From an uncultured Candidatus Saccharibacteria bacterium (GTDB taxonomy: Bacteria; Patescibacteriota; Minisyncoccia; Phycocordibacterales; WO2-35-19), in the NCBI GenBank assembly GCA_964392285.1, contig CAYMOW010000003.1, positions 1-62,317 of the forward strand: a stretch of DNA of 62,317 bases, read 5' to 3'. The notes below the pieces were generated by a model. It worked only from the letters and a program-made list of their open reading frames with translations, had not been told where the DNA came from and searched no databases. The position numbers and the translations under genes are program-made. Shown here piece by piece: positions 36,097 to 43,964 of this stretch. Within the stretch, counting starts at the first letter, position 1, and every line of letters starts with the position of its first letter.

Positions 36097-37179
36097 TTAC
36101 GAAAATACTTTTAGAATTTGATCCGCAAGAACTTTTGGGGTGAATTTTTCTTGAAAAATCTTACGGCCATTCTCGCCCAATTTGCTCAATAAATCAGGGT
36201 TGTTTTTTAGATAAAGAATCTTATCGGCCAAATCTTGCGGGTCGGCCGGGTTTGCAAACATCACCTCTTCAGCCTCTTTTAGTATTTCTGCCACTGGTTC
36301 GGTCCGGGCCGTAATATAAGGCAGACCCAGGGCCAAGGACTCAAAACACTTATGAGGTATGGTGCGCGAGAGGCGTTCGTGCTTTTCGAATTGGCCCAAA
36401 GAGATGTGGCAAGAGAGCATCATCTTTCGCAAATCTTCATTTGACAAATTTTCTGTAATTAATTCCAAATTCTTCAACCCTAATTCTTGATTCATAATTC
36501 TTAATTCTTTCTCCAGCCAACCATTGCCAATAATCAAAAAATTTACCCCCTTTTCTTCCAAAATTTTGGCCGATTTTATAATATGCTTCATTCCGGCTTC
36601 AGGTAAAAACTTGCCTCGAAACAGAGCTGTAAACTTTTCTCTTTTTTTTATCTCTGGTTCAACAAAGAACACTGAGTCATCAGCGCCGGTATAGACAACC
36701 TTGTATTTTGGACTTTGGCCAAATTGCTCTACAAAATATTTTCTTTGGGCCTCACTCTCGACCAGCACAATATCAGCACACTTTACTGCCAGCCAATCAA
36801 TGAATTTGATATACCAAGCTTTCAAACCCCAAAATCCCCTGTTTTGCCTAGAGAGCACCACCCCTTCATACATTGTGCATAGCGCATCAAAAACAACTAT
36901 CTTTGAGGACAGAAGTTTAGCGAACCAAACGACCGAATGGCTAGGATAGCCGACTACCAAAGCATCGTATTTGCCTGACAAATTTTTGTGTTTGCGGAAA
37001 AGCTCAACATACTTTTGTAGACCCGGTGCCAGACTCTGGCACTCCAGAATTTCAACCCCAAGCTGTCTTAGGCCTTGGGTATAGATTCTAGACCGGCCCC
37101 AACTTGAATTGTATGTGCCGAACCAACAGATACGAAATAACGAATTTTTTAACGAATGGCCACGAATAGAGTTATTCAT
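36097..37179 (-). CDS. Glycosyltransferase family 4 (GT-B, group 1)
   Basis: The 360-aa product has a C-terminal GT1-type block: LGQFEKHERLSRTIPHKCFESLALGLPYITART. There is an 8-nt overlap between its start and the upstream GT-C gene's end. Confidence 0.75.
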   Translation of the reverse strand: MNNSIRGHSLKNSLFRICWFGTYNSSWGRSRIYTQGLRQLGVEILECQSLAPGLQKYVELFRKHKNLSGKYDALVVGYPSHSVVWFAKLLSSKIVVFDALCTMYEGVVLSRQNRGFWGLKAWYIKFIDWLAVKCADIVLVESEAQRKYFVEQFGQSPKYKVVYTGADDSVFFVEPEIKKREKFTALFRGKFLPEAGMKHIIKSAKILEEKGVNFLIIGNGWLEKELRIMNQELGLKNLELITENLSNEDLRKMMLSCHISLGQFEKHERLSRTIPHKCFESLALGLPYITARTEPVAEILKEAEEVMFANPADPQDLADKILYLKNNPDLLSKLGENGRKIFQEKFTPKVLADQILKVFS

Positions 37180-38860
37180 TACATTTAAATATTTTAGTCG
37201 TTATATATCGATCATTTTTTTCATATATATTTTTGCAGGAGCTAAGGTATTTGGAATAGAAATTATTCTCATCGATCCTAGGAATATCTATGTAGAGAAT
37301 ATGGCCTGAAAAATCTTTGAAGAAATCTCGATAAGTGCTTTCAAATTGTGGGGTGGCATAGAGCCGCCTTGCATATTTACCTGTTTTTTGGATTTCGTAA
37401 CCACCGATATCATTGTAGACCACCACCTTTTCGATTTCTTCATGCTCTGCTATATACGCTTCGCTACTCGCAAAAAGCCGATAGGGACTGCCGTTGATCT
37501 TGCCCCAAAGATACTCTTCGATAAAAACTCCGTTATAGAGTAGCCCAAGGACAAGAATTGACACCAAAGACCCTCTTTTGAATTCCGCTTTTCTCATCGC
37601 CCAAAAAGCAAAGACGAGCGAACAAATCCAAATGGTAGCGATAAAAGCAAAGGAAACATAAAAGCCGGTCGGCCCCGAACCGCCAGTGAAGGGAAAAAGA
37701 AAATTCCATTTCAAAGACAGAGCGCGCTCCAGCCATTCAGTTTTTGGATAATGCGGCGGCACAAAGTGGTTAAAAAATTGCAGAGAAAAAATTACGATAG
37801 CAAAAATTACCGGTATCACCACCTCACCCCAAGAAAACTCCGTTTTCTTTCCCCCCTCCTTGACAAGGAGAGGGGCCGGGGGTGAGGTCTGTGCAAACAG
37901 CGCGCCAACCAAAACAACCAGGGGTAGAATTAGAAACTGAAAATATCTATCAAGGGCGCCGGAAGAAAAGTCGAAAGCCACAAGATAAAAGAACAGACCA
38001 ACGATTATAAAAAGGATAAACGGGCGATACCTCGATATCATCTCTCTTTGCAAAAAAAGTATAGGTAGCACCAAAAGCGGCGACAGATACATAATCGATT
38101 TGGCCAACTGAATCATAGTTTGCAACCAACCCCTACCACCAAACCTAACGAAGTGCTCCCAATATTTAAGCGAGGCTTCCAATTTGAAAAAGGGAAAGAG
38201 TAGTTTCGCAAGCAAGAGCAACAAACCCAAAAAAACTGCCCCACTCAACGCATAGGCGAAATACTTCAATATTTTTCTGCGATCCGAAAAAACATTCTTT
38301 TCAAAAGCAAAGTCGAGAGCTAAGGCCGCAATAGCTATAACAAAGCTCGCTTTTACAAAAAAGCCTGCTACTGCCCCAACCACCAAAATTACAAACCACG
38401 CCCAATTCTTACTAAGCTCAAAGCCCTTAGCTCTTAGCTTGAAGTGCCCAATACACATAATCAAGAAAAATGTCGGCATTATTGCCCCATCGGTATCAAC
38501 CATTAGCGAAGCGAGGACAGAATAGAAAGAGACAGCAAAAAAGAATACCGACCAAAGTGCGCTTTTCTTGTCCCCCACCATTTTGGCGAGATAAAAAAGC
38601 AAAACCATATTCAAAAAAGAAAAGGCGAGCGGAATAATTCTAAAATTGTCGTAACCAACCAGTGCGCCCAGCTCTCGATAAATAAACTCGCCAACTGGTG
38701 GGTGTGGTATACCGCCCGGCTCGGTTAGCGCTGGATTTACAATAATCGGCCATTTGTATTCGTCCTGGTGATAGAGATTATCAATCCCATCTACACGCAA
38801 GACAAAAAAGAGCACCAGGACCCCCAACCCAATCAAAATATCTTTTTTAGTCCAACTCAT
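37172..38860 (-). CDS. GT-C fold membrane glycosyltransferase (GT39/ArnT/PMT-like)
   Basis: The 562-aa product has about 12 TM segments. An acidic DE motif sits in the first loop (NLYHQDEYKW). It carries repeat copy B in a loop (QTSPPAPLLVKEGGK). Confidence 0.5.
   Translation of the reverse strand: MSWTKKDILIGLGVLVLFFVLRVDGIDNLYHQDEYKWPIIVNPALTEPGGIPHPPVGEFIYRELGALVGYDNFRIIPLAFSFLNMVLLFYLAKMVGDKKSALWSVFFFAVSFYSVLASLMVDTDGAIMPTFFLIMCIGHFKLRAKGFELSKNWAWFVILVVGAVAGFFVKASFVIAIAALALDFAFEKNVFSDRRKILKYFAYALSGAVFLGLLLLLAKLLFPFFKLEASLKYWEHFVRFGGRGWLQTMIQLAKSIMYLSPLLVLPILFLQREMISRYRPFILFIIVGLFFYLVAFDFSSGALDRYFQFLILPLVVLVGALFAQTSPPAPLLVKEGGKKTEFSWGEVVIPVIFAIVIFSLQFFNHFVPPHYPKTEWLERALSLKWNFLFPFTGGSGPTGFYVSFAFIATIWICSLVFAFWAMRKAEFKRGSLVSILVLGLLYNGVFIEEYLWGKINGSPYRLFASSEAYIAEHEEIEKVVVYNDIGGYEIQKTGKYARRLYATPQFESTYRDFFKDFSGHILYIDIPRIDENNFYSKYLSSCKNIYEKNDRYITTKIFKCNE
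37844..37888. repeat. Palindromic mini-element, copy B, inside the GT-C gene
   Basis: The sequence is tttctttcccccctccttgacaaggagaggggccgggggtgaggt. An inverted copy of the tail (acctcacccc) lies at 37821-37830. Confidence 0.8.
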
Positions 38861-38955
38861 TACCTTTCAGATTACCACAAAGCTTACCGTGACTAAAATT
38901 TGTCTTTTCTCTTTCTGTGTGTTAAAGTCTGCGCCAGAAAGGTAGGTGATTCGAA

Positions 38956-39618
38956 ATGAAAACCATTGACGTTTTTTGTCAGTGGTGGGGTGTCGGCACA
39001 CCCATCAGCAAGTTGCCGGACGAGATCTGGATGATTGGTCTAGTATCATTCGGGGCAACACCAACCCGCCTAACTTACGGCTCTGATTGGGTGGTAATAC
39101 TGGGTCGAGAGCTCCTTCGAACACAACAGAGTCCGTGGGTCGTAACGGGTGAGTTCACCGGAAATCAGGTGTTCCAACTCGAAGAAAACCTGAAGCTGAA
39201 TGCGTTCGGAAAGGACCTGATCACTGCTGGCCAAGTGATCAGTACAATTCAAGAGGCCGAGGCATGGAAGGCCTCAGTCTACCCAAGCTTCGTTCCAAAG
39301 ACGTTGTGTATTGTGACCGACGAGATGCATTCAAGATCAGCTCGTCGGGTCAGTAACAGAGTCTGGAACGGATGGTGGGGGCTACGGCTAATCAAGAGGC
39401 TACTCGGAATGCCGTTGGTGAAGGTATTCGTCACGACCTTCCCAACACGAGAAGTCATTGACCCAGAGAGCCCAATGACAGCGCTTCGGAGCCAATGGCT
39501 CTGGGTGCGCAACAACGTCTTGCGCGAGCTCTTCTTGATGCTCGTACCGTTCGGGTACACCATCATGCGCAAGCTCAACATCCACCAACCGATCGCCGCC
39601 GACCGCGATGGCGAGTGA
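38956..39618 (+). CDS. DUF218/YdcF-like protein; GC-rich relative to its neighbours
   Basis: The stretch VVTGEFTGNQ...VISTIQEAEAWKASVYPSFVPKTLCIVTDEMHSRSARRV resembles the YdcF pattern (T.eEA ... VT..H..RA). A good SD (aggtaggtga) lies 7 nt upstream. By eye it is about 52% GC against about 40% in the flanks. Confidence 0.45.
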   Translation: MKTIDVFCQWWGVGTPISKLPDEIWMIGLVSFGATPTRLTYGSDWVVILGRELLRTQQSPWVVTGEFTGNQVFQLEENLKLNAFGKDLITAGQVISTIQEAEAWKASVYPSFVPKTLCIVTDEMHSRSARRVSNRVWNGWWGLRLIKRLLGMPLVKVFVTTFPTREVIDPESPMTALRSQWLWVRNNVLRELFLMLVPFGYTIMRKLNIHQPIAADRDGE

Positions 39619-39703
39619 CGGAAACAATTTGACCTTTTTGAATGGCTCGTGAGGTTCTGCGTCGCAGAACTAAACGAGCCATTTTCGTTTTCTTTATTTT
39701 GTA

Positions 39704-39758
39704 TTTCTCCCCTCTCCTCTTACAAGGAGAGGGGTCGAGCAAAGCGAGGGGGTGAGGT
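39704..39758. repeat. Palindromic mini-element, copy C, intergenic between convergent genes
   Basis: The sequence is tttctcccctctcctcttacaaggagaggggtcgagcaaagcgagggggtgaggt. It is the same element with about 10 extra nt (agcaaagcga) before the GGGGTGAGGT tail. Confidence 0.8.
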
Positions 39759-39761
39759 AGC

Positions 39762-40409
39762 TTATTTTTTCTCCCCCACAAACAACATCTGCCCTGCAAA
39801 AGGTTTGATCGGCGAATTTATGTATGTCCGCACAATAAAAGGCACAAGCGCGCGAGGGATGAGTGAAGAATCAGACTTCATCGAAAACGGCAAAAATTTT
39901 GGCATAGCTAGAATTATTTTGAAATCATTGGCCACCAAAAAGTCGCCGAGCGAAGCGTCGCTCCAAACCTTCTTGTGGGTATAATCGTCGAAATAGTTTT
40001 TGTAAGCTAGACGGTAGTTGGGCTGCATAAGTATTAGCCTGGCCCCCACCTTCAACACCCTCTTCACTTCTCGCATTACCCGCTCTAGCTCTATGTCGTC
40101 GAAATGCTCGAGCAGGTTGCTTGCGTGTATTACATCGATGGAGCCGTTAGGAATCAGTGAAAGATCCGAGGCCGGCTTCTGCAAAAACTCCACATCTTGA
40201 GCTTTGTAATTTGGCGTCTCGGATGAAGTATCGACGGCATACTTCTTGCCCGCAGTTATGTTGTTTATAAAATCACAATAACCAGCCCCGAGGTCTAAAA
40301 CTGTGCCGCCGGCTGGCACAAATTTTTGGTGAAAGCGAGCAATCTCCTTCCAAATCCTGTTTCGATCGGGATTAAACTTAAATCGCGATTCGTAATATTT
40401 GTCCTTCAT
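39762..40409 (-). CDS. Class I SAM-dependent methyltransferase
   Basis: Motif I is VLDLGAGYCDFINNI. Motif II/III-like stretches are VIHASNLLEHF and LKVGARLILMQP. Confidence 0.8.
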   Translation of the reverse strand: MKDKYYESRFKFNPDRNRIWKEIARFHQKFVPAGGTVLDLGAGYCDFINNITAGKKYAVDTSSETPNYKAQDVEFLQKPASDLSLIPNGSIDVIHASNLLEHFDDIELERVMREVKRVLKVGARLILMQPNYRLAYKNYFDDYTHKKVWSDASLGDFLVANDFKIILAMPKFLPFSMKSDSSLIPRALVPFIVRTYINSPIKPFAGQMLFVGEKK

Positions 40410-41146
40410 ATTTTTTGGAATCTATATTTTATAATCACCGGCAACATTTTGAACCCGAGCTTGGCCGCTCTCCAAATATTACCAGTATAACCCGACTGCC
40501 CCACTCGTTCTTGGTATATAACTGGTATTTCTATAATTTTTTTATTATGCTCCAAAAGCCAAATCATTAGCTCCGGACTAAAAGTGCCATCTCCCTTGGA
40601 GCGCGAAAAATATTTTTTTATCTCTTCCAAAATCTTTCTATTGATCAACTTGTAAGTACACCCAACATCAGTCAAGACCGGTCCATTGAAAAGCACTTCG
40701 ATAAGCTTGGCCCAAAGCCAATTGCCAAAGCGCACCGGAAACGGCATAAAAGCCCCAGAAAATATCGCCGCTCGCGAAGTCCGGGTGCCCAGCACCGCTT
40801 CAAAGTCGAAACTGTAAGCCAGGAATTTTTCTATATCCACCGGACGAAAGGTGCCGTCCGCTTCGGTCATTACAATCAGATCACCTTCGGCCTCCAAGAG
40901 GCCCCTCATTAGAGCGTGGCCATAGCCTTGCTTGCCTTCGTGCACCAGGCGGGCCCGGGTTTTAGTCACCTCTTCTCTGGTCTTGCCCAAAGCGTTGTTG
41001 TCGACCACAACCACCTCGTCGACAAAGCCCGTCTCAAAAAAGCCCTCGATCACAGCGCGGATACTCTCTGCTTCGTTGTAGGTCGGTATGACCACACTGA
41101 CTTTTTTATTTTTATACATAAGGCTATTATATGGGCAAATTGACAA
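40406..41146 (-). CDS. GT2 glycosyltransferase, polyprenol-phosphate sugar synthase (Dpm1/GtrB)-like
   Basis: It reads VSVVIPTYNEAESIRAVIEGF...VVVVDNNALGKT...MTEADGTF. The likely start is ATG 41119 (MYKNKK...), which removes the overlap with the upstream gene. Confidence 0.8.
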   Translation of the reverse strand: MSICPYNSLMYKNKKVSVVIPTYNEAESIRAVIEGFFETGFVDEVVVVDNNALGKTREEVTKTRARLVHEGKQGYGHALMRGLLEAEGDLIVMTEADGTFRPVDIEKFLAYSFDFEAVLGTRTSRAAIFSGAFMPFPVRFGNWLWAKLIEVLFNGPVLTDVGCTYKLINRKILEEIKKYFSRSKGDGTFSPELMIWLLEHNKKIIEIPVIYQERVGQSGYTGNIWRAAKLGFKMLPVIIKYRFQKI

Positions 41147-42245
41147 AATTCAACACAAAGCTATCCATCAAAAAACTCAGAGCAATATAGCCCGCGAGTA
41201 TCGGTAAAATAGTTTTTGGCGACATCCGCTTGATGCCAAAAGTGGCGAGCAGAATGATGAACGGCACAAAAACAAAAAGGACTCTCTGGGTAATGGCCGG
41301 CCAAGCAAATATCGGCAAGACCGAAACAAGAGTCGAGATCAAAAAAACTTTTTTCGGCTCGGCGAGCATTCGCCACTCATGAACCAAAAACCAAACTCCA
41401 ACCAAAGCCAAAATAGCCAAAATATTTATAAGCGAACCAAACGACTTGATGTATTCGATGAGACGAGATGAGTATTCATAAGTTACCTGATTGGTCGAAA
41501 GCCAATCAAGATAGGTATAACCAAATTGGGTATAAACAGAGAGATAGACCAGAACAGCCGGACCGAGAGCAATCAAAACCGGCAAAACAGAATGTTTGAT
41601 CAAGCTTGATAAAGAATTTTTGTTTTTATAAATCAAACAGCCGGCTATGACCAAGGCACCCAGAAAAGCATACTCTTTGAAAAGCCCGCCCAGACCAACC
41701 ATCAAAGACGCGAGCAAGATATCTTTCTGATCCGAGCTCTGCAAAAAACGCCAAGCGAAATAAAGGGAGAAGATATAAAAAGCCCAACCACCCATATCCA
41801 TCAAGAAATTCAGTCCAAAATTGAGCACCGCATAATTACCCGCCAAAAACAAACTGGCCCAAAGTGCCACCTTGGAGTCTGTACTAAAATTTGCAACCAT
41901 CTTATAAAAGGCAAAGACAGTCAAAACAAAAAGAGTTGAATTTAGGCCAATCCAAACCGAAGTCAAAGAGCCAAAAATTTTGGCCAAAAACCTAATCAGT
42001 TCGAGAGCCCCAAAAGTTGTAATAACCCGGTGAGCCACATCTTCAAAGGCAACCGGCTGACCATTCAAAAAGTCTATGGCTTGTAAATAAGAAACCCCAT
42101 CCCCCGCCACGTTTGGTTTGAGCAAGACGAAAGAAAGCACCACCAAAATAGTAATGCAAACCCCCAATATCGATGTTGTTTGATTTTTGAAAATTTGATC
42201 CATTGAAAATTTATTGAAAATTAAAAATTTTTTACAATCGTCCAA
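41127..42245 (-). CDS. Polytopic membrane protein, possible GT-C-type glycosyltransferase or polymerase
   Basis: There are about 10 hydrophobic segments. It sits between two Dpm1-like GT2 genes. I recognise no diagnostic motif. The probable start is ATG 42203 (MDQIFKNQ...). Confidence 0.35.
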   Translation of the reverse strand: MDDCKKFLIFNKFSMDQIFKNQTTSILGVCITILVVLSFVLLKPNVAGDGVSYLQAIDFLNGQPVAFEDVAHRVITTFGALELIRFLAKIFGSLTSVWIGLNSTLFVLTVFAFYKMVANFSTDSKVALWASLFLAGNYAVLNFGLNFLMDMGGWAFYIFSLYFAWRFLQSSDQKDILLASLMVGLGGLFKEYAFLGALVIAGCLIYKNKNSLSSLIKHSVLPVLIALGPAVLVYLSVYTQFGYTYLDWLSTNQVTYEYSSRLIEYIKSFGSLINILAILALVGVWFLVHEWRMLAEPKKVFLISTLVSVLPIFAWPAITQRVLFVFVPFIILLATFGIKRMSPKTILPILAGYIALSFLMDSFVLNFVNLPI

Positions 42246-42907
42246 ATTGCTTGCAAACCATCCTTGAAGCCAATTTTTTTGCCCTCGGCATACGAGCGCC
42301 GAAAATAAGAGATCGGCACCTCCTTTATACTCAGGCCGCTTCGCGCAACGACAGCAGTTATCTCTGGTTCTATCTCAAACCGATTAGCTGTAAGCCTCGG
42401 CAGTATCTCGCTCAAAGCTTTGCGACTAAAGCATTTGTAGCAAGTTTCCATATCGGTAAGTTTGAGACCGGTAAAAATATTTGAAAGCAGAGTCAAAAAT
42501 CTATTGGCCAAATAATACGTCTTCCATACAAAAGGCCGACCCAAAAAACGCGAACCATAGACCACGTCCGCCCCAGACCTAAGTGGGGCCAAAAGCTTTT
42601 CGTATTCGTTTGGGTCGTATTCCAGATCTGCGTCTTGAATTATCACAAAATCCCCACTCGCCTCTTTTAATCCTCTTCTTACTGATGCCCCTTTTCCTAA
42701 ATTTTTTTCATTATAAATTACTTTTAACTTTTCACTTTTAACTTTTAACTCCGCGACTACGTCGCGTGTGCCATCGCTCGAAAAGTCATCAACAATAATT
42801 ATTTCCTTTTCCAAACCAAAAGCCCTACTCTGCCGAACAGCTAGAATTACGCTCTCCAAAGTATCGCGTTCATTAAAAACCGGAATAATGATTGAGAGTT
42901 TAGGCAT
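42221..42907 (-). CDS. GT2 glycosyltransferase (Dpm1/GtrB-like)
   Basis: It reads LSIIIPVFNERDTLESVILAV, VDDFSSDGTRD, IQDADLEYDP. Confidence 0.85.
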   Translation of the reverse strand: MPKLSIIIPVFNERDTLESVILAVRQSRAFGLEKEIIIVDDFSSDGTRDVVAELKVKSEKLKVIYNEKNLGKGASVRRGLKEASGDFVIIQDADLEYDPNEYEKLLAPLRSGADVVYGSRFLGRPFVWKTYYLANRFLTLLSNIFTGLKLTDMETCYKCFSRKALSEILPRLTANRFEIEPEITAVVARSGLSIKEVPISYFRRSYAEGKKIGFKDGLQAIWTIVKNF

Positions 42908-43964
42908 TTTGGATTGTGTGAGAGAGCTTTTCGATTAAAATTTCAAGGCTCTGCCTTTTTGCATATTCGACAAGTTTTTGCCTTTTTGAAGCCTTCTCGC
43001 TCTCGTCTAGGTTCATCAGATTTTGCAGAGCTCGAGCCAAACTTTGACCCTCTACCTCTTTTAGAATAAACAAATGGTCGAGTTCTGCCTGAAGCGCCGG
43101 ATTGGTAGCGAGAAGCAGACAACCGGAGCCAGAGGCTTCGACGATAGTTTTGTCCATACTGCCGGTTGGTGTCAGATTAACAAAAATTTCATGAGAGCTG
43201 TAGAGCTCAGGCGTTTGATTATTGGGCACACCGGCATAAAATTTGACCTTGTTTTGGAGACCAAGCTCGGAGACTTTGTTCTTGAGTTCTTGATAGAACG
43301 CTTCGCTACCAACAGTCGGATCGCCATAAAAGTCGCAGACAAAATCGACCTGTTTTTTATCCAAAATATTCAAAGCTTCGATCAAAAGATCCGGCCTCTT
43401 TATCTTATCCATCCGACTCAAAAACAAAATCGAATTTTTAACTTTATGAACTTTTGAACTTTCTAACTTTATGAACTTGTCTACATCGATTCCGACCGGC
43501 ATCAAAATTGTTTTCTTGTATCGCGCAGTAAAAGATTGGGTCGAGGTGCAGAAAACTTTGTCAGATACCCATACAGCAACGCGAGTAAAAAAGTTGCCCT
43601 TGGGGTGGTTGCGCCAAAAATATATTTTTTTACCCCAGAGCTTCCAAAACTTCCAGCCCAAAATGACATACTCTTGATTCATATGCACAAACACCGCATC
43701 GTAATCTTTTCGGAGACTCCAAATGTATTTATAAAAATTAAAAATATACTTTGCCCTTGATACTAGATACTGGCTACTAGCTACTTTTTTACCCTTGCCC
43801 AAAGAAAATACTTTTACATTCTTTGGCAAGTCATATTCGCCTTTTTGCAAACAAACAACACTGACCTGCTCAAACTTGGCAGAGAGCTTGTCGATCCAGC
43901 TATGGAAAAACCCGAGCACCGGATCATTCTTATCAACTTTTTGGGTCAGAATTAGTAATTTCAT
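42900..43964 (-). CDS. Glycosyltransferase family 4 (GT-B)
   Basis: The 354-aa product has a C-terminal GT1 block (FVNLTPTGSMDKTIVEASGSGCLLLATN). There is an 8-nt overlap between its end and the downstream GT2 gene's start. Confidence 0.7.
   Translation of the reverse strand: MKLLILTQKVDKNDPVLGFFHSWIDKLSAKFEQVSVVCLQKGEYDLPKNVKVFSLGKGKKVASSQYLVSRAKYIFNFYKYIWSLRKDYDAVFVHMNQEYVILGWKFWKLWGKKIYFWRNHPKGNFFTRVAVWVSDKVFCTSTQSFTARYKKTILMPVGIDVDKFIKLESSKVHKVKNSILFLSRMDKIKRPDLLIEALNILDKKQVDFVCDFYGDPTVGSEAFYQELKNKVSELGLQNKVKFYAGVPNNQTPELYSSHEIFVNLTPTGSMDKTIVEASGSGCLLLATNPALQAELDHLFILKEVEGQSLARALQNLMNLDESEKASKRQKLVEYAKRQSLEILIEKLSHTIQNA

Noticed and set aside
39575-39984. ORFs 39575-39799 (-) and 39649-39984 (+)
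   Set aside because: Both are created by the stop-free palindromic element (copy C) and by the antisense of the methyltransferase gene. Neither translation contains a recognisable protein motif.
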